64,000 bases of DNA. Source: Vicinamibacteria bacterium (lineage in GTDB: Bacteria; Acidobacteriota; Vicinamibacteria; Marinacidobacterales; Marinacidobacteraceae). Positions 29,754-46,255 of this stretch are shown here, in pieces (the first letter of the stretch is position 1; every line of letters begins with the position of its first letter). The DNA lies in NCBI GenBank assembly GCA_963422395.1, contig OY729431.1, positions 1,728,001 to 1,792,000 on the forward strand, read 5' to 3'. A program made the translations under genes and the position numbers. The notes beneath the pieces are model-generated. The model ran no database searches. It saw nothing but the letters and a program-made list of their open reading frames with translations, and had not been told where the DNA came from.

Positions 29754-30545
29754 TTGTTGCCAGCCGTCGCCCTCGTGAAGCAGGTCCCCGACCGAAACTC
29801 GGCGTTTCGCCTTGCCGGGGACTGGATCGACGAGTCGAGCCTGGGATACGGCATGAGCGACTACGACCGCTCCGCCGTCGAGGCGGTCCTGGCGTTACGG
29901 GATGCCGGTTTGGTCTCGGAAACGGCAGTGGTGACCGCCGGGCCCGACGAAGCGAGTCAGGTCCTCCGCACCTGCCTCGCCATGGGCGCGGATCGAGGGG
30001 TGCACCTCGTTTGCGACCGGCGCGCTCTCGCAGATCCGTTCCCGGTAGCTCGCGCGCTCGCCGACGCCGTGCGCGACCTGAACCCCGCTGTCGTGACCGC
30101 AGGGCTCGTCACCGAAGACAGTGCCCACGGACAGGTCGGCGGCCTGGTGGCCGGTCTGCTCGGGTGGTCTTGGGCATCGGCGGTCACCGCGATCCGGCTC
30201 CGGGAGGATGTGGTCGAAGCGGAGCGCGAGCTCGAGAACAATCGGACGGCGGTGGTCGAGCTGCGGCTGCCCGCGGTGCTCGCGGTGCAGACCGGCATCA
30301 ACACCCCGCGCTATGCGAGCCTGCGCGGCATCATGGCATCGCGGCGGAAGCCCGTCCGGCGCGTGGAACCGCCGACGCTCCGCACGCCCCCCGAAGCCGC
30401 TGGGCTCCGCCGGTTGACGCTCCGAAGACCCGACCGCAGCGCCGGCGCGGAAATTCTCGAAGGGGCGCCGGAAACGGTGGCGGAGGCACTCGTCGAGCGA
30501 ATCCGCTCCGGCGCCGGGATCGCATTTCGAGGGCGCGGCCGATGA
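29754..30545 (+). CDS. etfB: Electron transfer flavoprotein beta subunit
   Basis: VKQVPD, DRSAVEA, LAMGADRG, GQVGG, INTPRYASLRGIM; TTG start approximate. Confidence 0.9.
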   Translation: MLPAVALVKQVPDRNSAFRLAGDWIDESSLGYGMSDYDRSAVEAVLALRDAGLVSETAVVTAGPDEASQVLRTCLAMGADRGVHLVCDRRALADPFPVARALADAVRDLNPAVVTAGLVTEDSAHGQVGGLVAGLLGWSWASAVTAIRLREDVVEAERELENNRTAVVELRLPAVLAVQTGINTPRYASLRGIMASRRKPVRRVEPPTLRTPPEAAGLRRLTLRRPDRSAGAEILEGAPETVAEALVERIRSGAGIAFRGRGR

Positions 30546-31516
30546 GCCGGCGGGTTCTCGTCCTCGCGGAGCGGGACGGCCGCGGAGTCGCCGAGATCAC
30601 TTTCGAACTGCTGGAAGCGGCAGCGCGCCTCGCCGAAGACCCCTCCGGGGTGTTCGTGGCGCTCCCCGCCGCCGATGCGGACGAGGCCGAGGCCGCCGCC
30701 GATGGCCTGCCGGCGGCGGAGATCCTCGGCGTTTGCGGGCCGGCGCTCGCCGCCTACAGCGCCGATGGATACGCCGAAGCCATCCTCCAGGCCCGGGAGG
30801 CAGCCGGGGCCCACTGTGTCCTGCTCCCGCACACCTCGATCGGCTGGGACACCGCACCTCTCGCCGCGGCCCGCAGCGGCGCCGCGGCGGCTACCGGGGC
30901 GACCGGCTTGCGTTGGACCGACGAGGGACTCTTCGTCTCCCGGAAGGCGTTCTCGGGCAAGTTCGTCCAGGAGGTCCTGCTCCCGGGGCTTCCCGCGGTC
31001 GCCACCGTCGAGCGGGGCACCTTCCCCGCCCGTATCTCCGGCGGCGCCGCTTCGTTCCGCGTGCTTCCCTGCCGGGTCCGGCCCGAAGACCTGCGCTCCC
31101 GGCTGCTCGAAGTCCGGGAGGTCGAATCCGCGGGAGAGGTGGACCTGCCGGCGGCCGAGGTGGTGGTCGCCGCCGGACGCGGTATGGGGGGGCCGGAGAA
31201 TCTCCCTCTCCTGGAGGAGCTCGCCCAGGCGCTCGGCGGGGTGGTTGGCGCCTCGCGGGCGGTGACCGACGCCGGCTGGCTTCCGCACGACCGCCAGATC
31301 GGCTCCAGCGGGGCGACGGTTTCGCCGAAGCTCTACCTGGCGTGCGGCATCTCGGGCGCCATCCAGCACCTCGTGGGAATGCGCGGCGCCCGCTTCGTGG
31401 TCGCCATCAACAAGGACCCCGACGCTCCCATCTTCGGCGCCGCCGATCTAGGGGTGGTCGGCGACGCGCTGGAGGTTCTGCCCGCCCTCAACGAAGCCAT
31501 CCGCAAGGCGCGATAG
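30542..31516 (+). CDS. etfA: Electron transfer flavoprotein alpha subunit
   Basis: VVAAGRG, GASRAVTDAGW, QIGSSG, GISGAIQHLVG, AINKDPDAPIF. Confidence 0.95.
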   Translation: MSRRVLVLAERDGRGVAEITFELLEAAARLAEDPSGVFVALPAADADEAEAAADGLPAAEILGVCGPALAAYSADGYAEAILQAREAAGAHCVLLPHTSIGWDTAPLAAARSGAAAATGATGLRWTDEGLFVSRKAFSGKFVQEVLLPGLPAVATVERGTFPARISGGAASFRVLPCRVRPEDLRSRLLEVREVESAGEVDLPAAEVVVAAGRGMGGPENLPLLEELAQALGGVVGASRAVTDAGWLPHDRQIGSSGATVSPKLYLACGISGAIQHLVGMRGARFVVAINKDPDAPIFGAADLGVVGDALEVLPALNEAIRKAR

Positions 31517-31572
31517 AACCTGCCCTGGTCGAGCCCTCGCTCCGCGCTGCACCCCCACCACCGCTCCGGCTG

Positions 31573-32961
31573 CTACACCATCGCTTCGGGACGGACCCAT
31601 TCGTCGAACTGTTCCGCAGTGAGCAGATCCAGGGAGATCGCCGCCTCCTTGAGCGAGGTTCCGTCGGCGTAGGCCTTCTTGGCGATGCGGGCGGCGTTGT
31701 CGTAGCCGAGGTGCGGGTTCAACGCCGTGACCAGCATGAGCGAGTTTTCGAGGTTCTGCCGGAGACGCTCCTCGTTCGGTTCGATTCCGACGACGCAGCG
31801 CTCCCGGAAGGAATCGCAGCCGCCTTCGATCAAACGGGCGCTGCCGAGGAAGTTGTGGGCGATGAGGGGCTTCATCACATTCAGCTCGAAGTTCCCCCCC
31901 GCCCCGCCGATCCCGATCGCCACATCGTTTCCTAGCACCTGCGCGGTGGCCATCAAGAGCGCTTCCGACTGGGTGGGATTCACCTTGCCCGGCATGATGG
32001 AACTTCCCGGTTCGTTCGCCGGAAGGAGGATCTCGCCGATCCCCGAACGCGGCCCCGACGCCAGCCAGCGGATGTCGTTGGCGATCTTGTGGAGCGACAC
32101 CGCCACCGTCTTCAGCGCGCCATGCGCGGCGACCAGCGCATCCCGGGAGGCGAGAGCCTCGAACTTGTTCGGCGCGCTCCGAAACTCGCACCCGGTGAGC
32201 CGGCTGAGCCAGCGGGCCGCCCGCGGCCCCATTTCCGGAGGGGCGTTCAGCCCGGTGCCCACTGCGGTGCCGCCGAGGGCGAGCTCCCGGAGATGGGGGA
32301 GCGAACCTTCGATGCGCAGGGCGCCGTGTTCGAGCTGGACCCGGTAGCCGGAGAACTCCTGCCCGAGGGTCAGCGGGGTGGCGTCTTGCAGGTGGGTGCG
32401 TCCGATCTTGACTACCGAGGCGAACGCCTCCGCCCGCTCGCCAAGCGCGGCAGCGAGCGCCCGCACTGCCGGAAGCACCCGTTGCTCGAGAGCGAGCACC
32501 GCCGCCACATGCAGGGCGGTGGGGAAGACATCGTTCGACGACTGCCCCCGGTTCACATCGTCGTTCGGGTGGACGAGCCGCCCCTGACCTCGCTGGCCCC
32601 CGAGCAGTTCGCTGGAGCGATTGGCGAGCACCTCGTTCATGTTCATGTTGGACTGGGTGCCGCTCCCGGTCTGCCAGACGAGCAGGGGAAACTCCTCCGG
32701 GTGCTCTCCCGCCAGCACTTCCCCGGCGGCGGCGGCGATGGCGTCCGCTTTCTTCTCGAATCTCGAGTCGAGATCCCGGTTCACGAGCGCAGCGGCCTGC
32801 TTCACGAAAGCGAGCGCACGAACGATCTCTGACGGCATCCGTTCTCCCGAGATCCGGAAGTTCCGCCGGGACCGCTCGGTCTGCGCTCCGTAGAGGCGCA
32901 CCGCCGGCACCTCCACATCGCCGAGCGTGTCCCGCTCGATCCTCGTATTCGACTCGGTCAT
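31573..32961 (-). CDS. fumC: Fumarate hydratase class II
   Basis: [42 protein letters not shown]. Confidence 0.97.
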   Translation of the reverse strand: MTESNTRIERDTLGDVEVPAVRLYGAQTERSRRNFRISGERMPSEIVRALAFVKQAAALVNRDLDSRFEKKADAIAAAAGEVLAGEHPEEFPLLVWQTGSGTQSNMNMNEVLANRSSELLGGQRGQGRLVHPNDDVNRGQSSNDVFPTALHVAAVLALEQRVLPAVRALAAALGERAEAFASVVKIGRTHLQDATPLTLGQEFSGYRVQLEHGALRIEGSLPHLRELALGGTAVGTGLNAPPEMGPRAARWLSRLTGCEFRSAPNKFEALASRDALVAAHGALKTVAVSLHKIANDIRWLASGPRSGIGEILLPANEPGSSIMPGKVNPTQSEALLMATAQVLGNDVAIGIGGAGGNFELNVMKPLIAHNFLGSARLIEGGCDSFRERCVVGIEPNEERLRQNLENSLMLVTALNPHLGYDNAARIAKKAYADGTSLKEAAISLDLLTAEQFDEWVRPEAMV

Positions 32962-33082
32962 CGGCGCCTCCCGCCGTCAGTCGCCCTGCATCGGTCGTCC
33001 CGCGGCGCACAGAATCGTACCGTCGGGAGTACCCGAGTTCCTTCCCTCGTAGCAAGCGGGATTACGATAGGAGACTGCCCCG

Positions 33083-40109
<7,027 letters not shown>

Positions 40110-40148
40110 CCGACCGACCGGCCCGGGCGGCGGGGCCGGCGCGGTCCG

Positions 40149-41306
40149 TCAGCCGCCCAGGAAGCTGCGGGCGAGCATCCCCATCCCGTAGCCGAGGTAG
40201 TTCCCGACCGCGTAGCCGGCGAGCGCCACCGCGATCCCCGGAAGCAGCCGATCGCCGTAACCGCGCGCCGAGGCGATCGCCACTGCCGAGGCGGCCCCGC
40301 CGATGTTCGCCTGGGACGCCACCGCCAGCGTGCCGGTGTCGAAACGGAGCAGCCGCCCCAACCCGAAGATCACCAGCCCGTGGACGCCCACCGTGATCAG
40401 GGCGAACAGGAAGAGCGCCGGGCCGGCGGCGAGCATCTCCGAGACCAGCGATTGCGCGCCGTTTCCGGCGAGGAACAGGAAGATCAGCGCGTTGCCCAGA
40501 ACCGGCGCTCCGCGCAGGCGGCGAACGACCGGCAGATGGCCGAGGAGGAGCGCGATCGAAGTCAGCCAGAGCACCGCGGGGATCGCGGGGAGCGCCGCGC
40601 CGAGCAGGCGCGCCGCGGTCATCGTCCCGAGAGTGATCGAGACGAGCCCGAAGAAGTCCATCACCCGCAGGCTCTCGCCGCTCTCCTTGAGCCGCTGCTC
40701 GAGCGTCATCGGCCCCGACCGAACCCCCTCCTCCTGTCTTGCCGGAGATCTTGCCGGGTTGGAGTTGCGGCCGCGCCGCAGGAGTGCCGGCAGCCCGAGG
40801 CAGGCAGCGAGCCAGGCCACCGTCACGATCACATCGGCGGCCACCGCCCCCGACATCAGGTTCGGGTCGGTGCCGAAGGCGCTCGCCAGCGCGTAGAAGT
40901 TCGCTCCTCCCCCGATATAGGTCCCGGTGAACTGGCCGGTCAGCTTCCAGGCCTCGGCGCCCACTGCGCCGGACAGCAGCACAGTGGCGAGCAGGGTCCC
41001 GAGCATCGTTCCGAGAGCTCCGAGGCCGAACGCCCCGAGCATCGTTCTTCCCGCCTGCCGGATCGTCCGCAGGTCCACCGCCAGCAGGATGAGCACGATC
41101 GCCGCGTTCACCCAGATCGTCCCGAGCTGGTTGTACGCCGCGGCGTCGCCGGGAAGGACTCCCGAGTTCGAGAGCAGCATCCCGAGCGTCAGGCACAGAA
41201 GGCCCGCACTCGCCGCGCGGAAGAAGCGAAACCGCTTTTCGAGCCAGACCGCGACGAACACCACCAGGGCGAGCGTCAGGAAGATGCCGAAGGGGTCCTG
41301 GATCAT
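40149..41306 (-). CDS. DUF819-family membrane protein
   Basis: Multi-TM, GTYIGGGANF, VASQANIGG. Confidence 0.8.
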   Translation of the reverse strand: MIQDPFGIFLTLALVVFVAVWLEKRFRFFRAASAGLLCLTLGMLLSNSGVLPGDAAAYNQLGTIWVNAAIVLILLAVDLRTIRQAGRTMLGAFGLGALGTMLGTLLATVLLSGAVGAEAWKLTGQFTGTYIGGGANFYALASAFGTDPNLMSGAVAADVIVTVAWLAACLGLPALLRRGRNSNPARSPARQEEGVRSGPMTLEQRLKESGESLRVMDFFGLVSITLGTMTAARLLGAALPAIPAVLWLTSIALLLGHLPVVRRLRGAPVLGNALIFLFLAGNGAQSLVSEMLAAGPALFLFALITVGVHGLVIFGLGRLLRFDTGTLAVASQANIGGAASAVAIASARGYGDRLLPGIAVALAGYAVGNYLGYGMGMLARSFLGG

Positions 41307-41377
41307 GCCCGCGCTCCTCGGGGCAACCGGCGGCGGCGAAGAGTGTCGCTCACCGCGGCAGACCGCTACCTAATCCC

Positions 41378-42505
41378 TCAGCGGAGGCCGTCCGCCCAAG
41401 CGCGCACCGGGTTCACCAGCGTTCCGATCCCCTCCGCCCAGCAGGCGGCGGTGTCGCCGGGCTCCATGAAGATCGGCGGGTCCCGCGCGTAGCCGACCCC
41501 GTCCGGGGTGCCAGTGGCGATCACATCGCCCGGGCGGAGGATCAGGTTGTGCGAGGCGTACTGGATCAGTTCGAAGACCCCGTGCTCCATGAGGCCGGTG
41601 TTCGCGTCCTGCATCACCTCGCCGGAGAGGGTGAAACGGATGTCGAGGTCGTGGGGATCGGCGACGAATTCCGCGGGAGTGATGAAAGGGCCGAGCGGGG
41701 CGAAGGTCTCGGTGCTCTTCCAGACCAGCCAGTCGGAGCCGTAGCGGTCGTCGCCGCGCCCCTCGCGGTCTCCCACATCGTTCATCATCGTGTAGCCGAA
41801 GATGTGGTTCCCGGCGTCGGCGGCCGCCGCCTCGCTCGCCGGCTGGCCGATCACCACCGCGAGCTCGCATTCCCAGTCCACCATCTCGCGATCCGGCTTC
41901 ATCAGGATCGGCTCGCCGTGGCCGATCGCGATGGCCCCCGGCTTCAAGAAGAGATAGGGATTCTGCCGGGCGTCTTCCGGCTCGCGCTCCCAGAAGTGGT
42001 CCATCGAGGCCGGCGCGTCGTCGAGCGCGGAGGCGTCCGACATCGCCGCCGGCGCCCCGGTGGTCATCTCCCGGCCGTGCGCCGGGTAGTTCAACGCGGT
42101 CGCCAGGATGATCCCAGGCCGGACCGGCGGGAACACATGGAGCCCTTCGAGCTCGTGGATCCAGCGCGGCCGCTCGCCTTCCGGCCCGGCGAGCAGGGGA
42201 AGCACCCGGTCCACGATGGCGTGAGCGCGCTCGCGCATTCCGAGGTTCCAGCGCCCGGCGAGCTCGCGCATGTCCTCCGGCATCGGCAGCCGGACCCAGA
42301 GCCGGTTATGCCGTTCCAGCGAGGCGTTCGCCCGCGCGAGGTCCACGGCGAAGGCGTCCCGCAGCACGATCCCGAGGAATGCCTCCCCCCGATGCTCGAA
42401 AGTCCCCAGCCGGAAGGGCTCGGCCGAAGCGGAGGCCGGAGCCGTTCCCATGAGGAGCGCGGCAGCGACGGCGAACAGCAGGCCGATCGGGTGTCTTCGA
42501 CTCAT
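41378..42505 (-). CDS. Fumarylacetoacetate hydrolase family protein with signal peptide
   Basis: ALNY, PYLFLK, DWECELAVVIG, NDV, K..ETFAPLGP, PGDVIATGTPDGVG. Confidence 0.88.
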   Translation of the reverse strand: MSRRHPIGLLFAVAAALLMGTAPASASAEPFRLGTFEHRGEAFLGIVLRDAFAVDLARANASLERHNRLWVRLPMPEDMRELAGRWNLGMRERAHAIVDRVLPLLAGPEGERPRWIHELEGLHVFPPVRPGIILATALNYPAHGREMTTGAPAAMSDASALDDAPASMDHFWEREPEDARQNPYLFLKPGAIAIGHGEPILMKPDREMVDWECELAVVIGQPASEAAAADAGNHIFGYTMMNDVGDREGRGDDRYGSDWLVWKSTETFAPLGPFITPAEFVADPHDLDIRFTLSGEVMQDANTGLMEHGVFELIQYASHNLILRPGDVIATGTPDGVGYARDPPIFMEPGDTAACWAEGIGTLVNPVRAWADGLR

Positions 42506-42563
42506 GGAGGCGGAGTATCCCACCGGGGAGCTCGCCCACTAAAAAGCGGACGACTCTCAGGAG

Positions 42564-44528
42564 TCACCCCTTCCTGCGGTCCGCGGTCAATTCCACCAGG
42601 CGGGAGCCGATGACCCTGACCCTGGCCCGTTCGCCCGGACGAAGCCCCAGCCGGCGAAGCGGATCGGCCAGGTATCCGAGCGAGGCTCCGTTGATGGAGG
42701 CAAGCGGCCATCGGACCGAGAGAGCGGGGCAGTCGGGCAGGTTCTCGATCCGGACCCGCTCTCGTCCGTCCGGGGCGCATCCGAGCTCCTCGGCGAACTC
42801 CGGAGGCATCCCGGTAACGCTGTATCCATCGAAGAAGCGGGCATGCACCTGGAATGTCCAGTACGGGGCGCCGCCGCGGTCCCGCCCATCGATCACCTCG
42901 TCCAGAGGACGCAGTGGCAGCGAAGAGATATCGGCGATTCGGATCCACCCATCGCGAATCACGAACTTCGGCGCTCGCATGAAGATGCGAACGCTGTTCG
43001 GTTCCACCTTGAATTGCCGGGGAATCTCCCTGAGACACCTTTCGGTCGTCGTCGCCCCGCCTCCTTCCTCGATTCGGCGAAGGATTTCCTCGACGATCCC
43101 TTCGTACGGGACATCGATCCATTCGCCGAGCCCCCAGCGGTCCTTGTCGGCTTTGACGACGCTCGGTATGTTCGAAAGGTGGGCACCGATCCGGCGTTCC
43201 GGCAATCCGCACACCGCTGCGATCTCCTGGCGCGCCGCCGGGCGCCCGAACGAGAGGAGAGCCGCCTTGGCCCGTGCTTTCCGAGTCGAACGAATCCCCC
43301 AGGATCCGTGTAGATCGTGGAGCCCGCACTGTTTTCGCAGCCACGGCCAGGACCGGCGCCACTCGCCCTCAGGCAGCCTCGCGATCAACTCGGACTCGTC
43401 GACGAGGCCGACATCATCCGCGAGCTCCTGAGCGTGAGCCTTGACCTCCTCGATGACTTTCCTGGTGCTCTCGTCGATGTAGAAGCCGTCTCGCAGGGTG
43501 AAACCCATTTCCGCGATCAAAGCCCGTCCCAACAGACGCTCGACCAGCGGGGAAGCAGCCGACAACAGGGATTTCAGGCGCCGCTCGACCGTGGCCTCCG
43601 GGGCGATGGATCCCAACTGCTCTTGCAAAACCAATGCGAGGACCCGCCGTTCTGCACCCATCGTGCCGCCGATTCTCCTTTCGACTCTGACTTGAATCTG
43701 GCGGATCCGTTCTCGCGTCACACCGACCCGCGATCCAATCGCTTCGAGCGTCAGCGGCGGTGCCCGCAGCAGCCGTTCTTCGACAATCGTGCGTTCGGTC
43801 GCCGACATCGCCTCGATCGTTCTCGCCAAACGGCTCGACATGAGGGACAGGGGGCCGATCGCCCCCTCGACCAGGTTCTCGATTCGGATCGCCGACATCT
43901 CCCGGTCGAGACCCAACCTGGCCGCCAGCCGGAGGAAATCCGGATGCAGCGCATCCGCGAGAGTTGCCCCCACTCGAAGTTCCACGGCCGCTGCGAAGAG
44001 TGGGCGCAACAGGTTCCCGGCCCCTCCCCAGGGGCCGGCGGCAGTCGGCGATGCCGCCGCACCACCCTGCTGCGCCGAGTCGGCGGCGTCCCTCGGCGAC
44101 GGACTCGCCTGGTGCGATGCCTCGACTCCGGCGGCGGCTCTCTCCTTGAGAACTTCCTCGACCTCGAAGAGCAAGTTCTTCATGGACAGGTGTCCGAAGT
44201 TGCGAATGCCGAGCAGGTCGCGAACGGCGAGAGCGTTGTCCCCCTCCATGAGCCGCGCCGTCCGCAAAGCGTTTGCCGTTCGGAAAGTCAGGAGCAGACG
44301 GTGGAGGATCGAGCGATCGAAACCCGCGGGCCAGGCGAGTGCGTTCGAACGAGGTTTGCGGCCCAGGTGAAGAGCAGTGAGCGTCTCCTCGAGCTCGTCG
44401 AGATAGCGCTGCGCTTCGCCGGAAGACAGCTGCCCGGCGACCGTCCGACGCCAGGGGAACGGCTCTTCGGCTCCGAGCGCGGCAGCACCCATCGGCTCGC
44501 CACCCTCTGCCTGGGACGGCGCCTTCAT
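42564..44528 (-). CDS. RNAP alpha-CTD-like plus sigma70 region-4 HTH multidomain protein
   Basis: LTFRTANALR...LLGIRNFGHLSMKNL (alpha-CTD HhH-like); TLEAIGSRVGVTRERIRQIQ (sigma r4); further winged-helix-like segments; start at MKAPSQ inferred. Confidence 0.7.
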   Translation of the reverse strand: MKAPSQAEGGEPMGAAALGAEEPFPWRRTVAGQLSSGEAQRYLDELEETLTALHLGRKPRSNALAWPAGFDRSILHRLLLTFRTANALRTARLMEGDNALAVRDLLGIRNFGHLSMKNLLFEVEEVLKERAAAGVEASHQASPSPRDAADSAQQGGAAASPTAAGPWGGAGNLLRPLFAAAVELRVGATLADALHPDFLRLAARLGLDREMSAIRIENLVEGAIGPLSLMSSRLARTIEAMSATERTIVEERLLRAPPLTLEAIGSRVGVTRERIRQIQVRVERRIGGTMGAERRVLALVLQEQLGSIAPEATVERRLKSLLSAASPLVERLLGRALIAEMGFTLRDGFYIDESTRKVIEEVKAHAQELADDVGLVDESELIARLPEGEWRRSWPWLRKQCGLHDLHGSWGIRSTRKARAKAALLSFGRPAARQEIAAVCGLPERRIGAHLSNIPSVVKADKDRWGLGEWIDVPYEGIVEEILRRIEEGGGATTTERCLREIPRQFKVEPNSVRIFMRAPKFVIRDGWIRIADISSLPLRPLDEVIDGRDRGGAPYWTFQVHARFFDGYSVTGMPPEFAEELGCAPDGRERVRIENLPDCPALSVRWPLASINGASLGYLADPLRRLGLRPGERARVRVIGSRLVELTADRRKG

Positions 44529-44569
44529 GAAAGGCTCCAGCGATACCGTCTGATCGGCAATCCGATCGA

Positions 44570-46255
44570 TCAGGGGCGCAGGTCGAGCACGGGGTCCTTC
44601 TGGCCGGTCAGCTCCCAGCGCACCAGCGTGATCGGAATCACCCCAGCGCCGTAGAAACGGTCGAAGAAGCCCTTCACCGAGAAGTCCGGCCCGTCCAGCA
44701 GCGCTGCCTCGGCGAGCAGTTCCTCGATCTGCAGCTTCCCGACTACATAGCTGGTCCCATAGCCCGGCTGGCGCAGGTAGAGGTGTTGTTCGCCGCGGAC
44801 GAGTTCGCCTTCGGTGAGCCAGCCGCGCGGAGTCCAGCGCATCGCGTGCGCCACCGCCTCCTCCATGTCGAACTCGCCGCTGTGGAGGCGCAGCCCGCTG
44901 AGCGCGCGGGCGGCGCGCTGGGCCAGCATGATCCAGGTGAGTTCGCGGGAGCGCGGCGACCCTGCGAGCAGGCCGAGATGGAGGAACATCTCCTCGACGC
45001 CGGTGGCGAGCCCCTCGGAACGGACCGCGAAGATGTTCCCGAGCGACGGCACCGCACGCATCGGGCTCGGGTGCGGCGCCTCCCGCATCGCCGCCAGCTC
45101 GATCCAATGGTGCATGTGGGGCCGGAAGGCGTCCGGATCCCGGTAGTTCACCTCGTTGAAGAAATTCCGCAGGTCGTCCGGGTCGGCGAGCGGCTGGAAG
45201 ACGCCCACCTTCTCCCGCAGCGCCGGCGCCATCCAGGATTCCACGGTCTGGACTTCCTCCCGCTCGAGGAACTCCAGATAGCGATCCACCGACTCGTCGA
45301 GGCGGCGGTCGTATTCGGCGGCGGAGGCGATCCGCTCGAGATCCGGGAGCGCCCGGTTGCGGTTCTCCTCGAGCCGCAGCGAGGCGTGCGACCGCGCGAG
45401 CTCCCGCCGGACGAGGGTCACCTGCTCCTCCCACGACCAGGGGAGCAGATGCACCTGGCGCATGAGCCAGGTGTAGTGGTCCGCACCGATCCCCGAGGGT
45501 CCGTTCTTCGCCTCCGCCTCGGCGGACAGCCACGCACGGAAGTCCAGGGTGGCGCGGCGGGCTTCGGCCACCGCGGCGTCGAGAGCCTCGTTCCTGCCTT
45601 CGACCCGCTCCCCGAAGGCCGCGAGGTCAGCCGCCTGATTCCGGAAGGCCCGAAGCCCGGCGAGCCAGAGATCCCTGGCGTTCGAGGCGGCGAGATTCTC
45701 CCGCGCCTGGGCGAGAAGCGCGGGAATCGCCCCGATCCGCCCGGCGAGCTCGGCGGCATCCGCGTCCGAAAGCGGATACTCGTAGGTCCACAGGTCGATC
45801 CAGCCGTGGATCACCGCCCCTTCGTGCGCCGGCACATCGCTCTGGGCGGGGAACACCGTCACATAGAACGCGGGGTCGCGCGCCCAGGGCCGCCGCACCC
45901 GGTGATCGAAGTCGAGCCCGTTCATCTCGGCGCGCACCAGGTGCCAGTCCACTTGCTCCGCGACCGGCCAACTTTCCGGGGCGAGTGCGTCCAGCCGGGC
46001 GCGCCAGTCCGGCAGGGCTGCGTGCTGACGAGCCATCGCTCCGGCGGTGTAGTCGGGGACTCCGTTCCCGAAATCGGGGCGCTCGAACTCGCGCCACTCC
46101 GCGAAGAGCGCGATCAGATCGTCGTGGGTTCCCGGCGCGGCCGGCGCCGGCCCCGGTTCCGGCGCGCAGCCGGCGGCGAGCAGCGCTGCCAGCACGACCC
46201 GAAACCTGAAGGGAGAGCGCGCGGCGGGAACAGAGCGCAGGGTCATGGGGTCCAT
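44570..46255 (-). CDS. DUF885-family lipoprotein
   Basis: Lipobox LAAGC, EGLATGVEE, YLRQPGYGTSYVVGKLQI, FFDRFYGAGVIP. Confidence 0.75.
   Translation of the reverse strand: MDPMTLRSVPAARSPFRFRVVLAALLAAGCAPEPGPAPAAPGTHDDLIALFAEWREFERPDFGNGVPDYTAGAMARQHAALPDWRARLDALAPESWPVAEQVDWHLVRAEMNGLDFDHRVRRPWARDPAFYVTVFPAQSDVPAHEGAVIHGWIDLWTYEYPLSDADAAELAGRIGAIPALLAQARENLAASNARDLWLAGLRAFRNQAADLAAFGERVEGRNEALDAAVAEARRATLDFRAWLSAEAEAKNGPSGIGADHYTWLMRQVHLLPWSWEEQVTLVRRELARSHASLRLEENRNRALPDLERIASAAEYDRRLDESVDRYLEFLEREEVQTVESWMAPALREKVGVFQPLADPDDLRNFFNEVNYRDPDAFRPHMHHWIELAAMREAPHPSPMRAVPSLGNIFAVRSEGLATGVEEMFLHLGLLAGSPRSRELTWIMLAQRAARALSGLRLHSGEFDMEEAVAHAMRWTPRGWLTEGELVRGEQHLYLRQPGYGTSYVVGKLQIEELLAEAALLDGPDFSVKGFFDRFYGAGVIPITLVRWELTGQKDPVLDLRP

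Noticed and set aside
42564-44528. A bona fide sigma70 factor or rpoA
   Set aside because: No sigma region 2 or alpha-NTD is recognisable; only isolated region-4 and alpha-CTD-like motifs.
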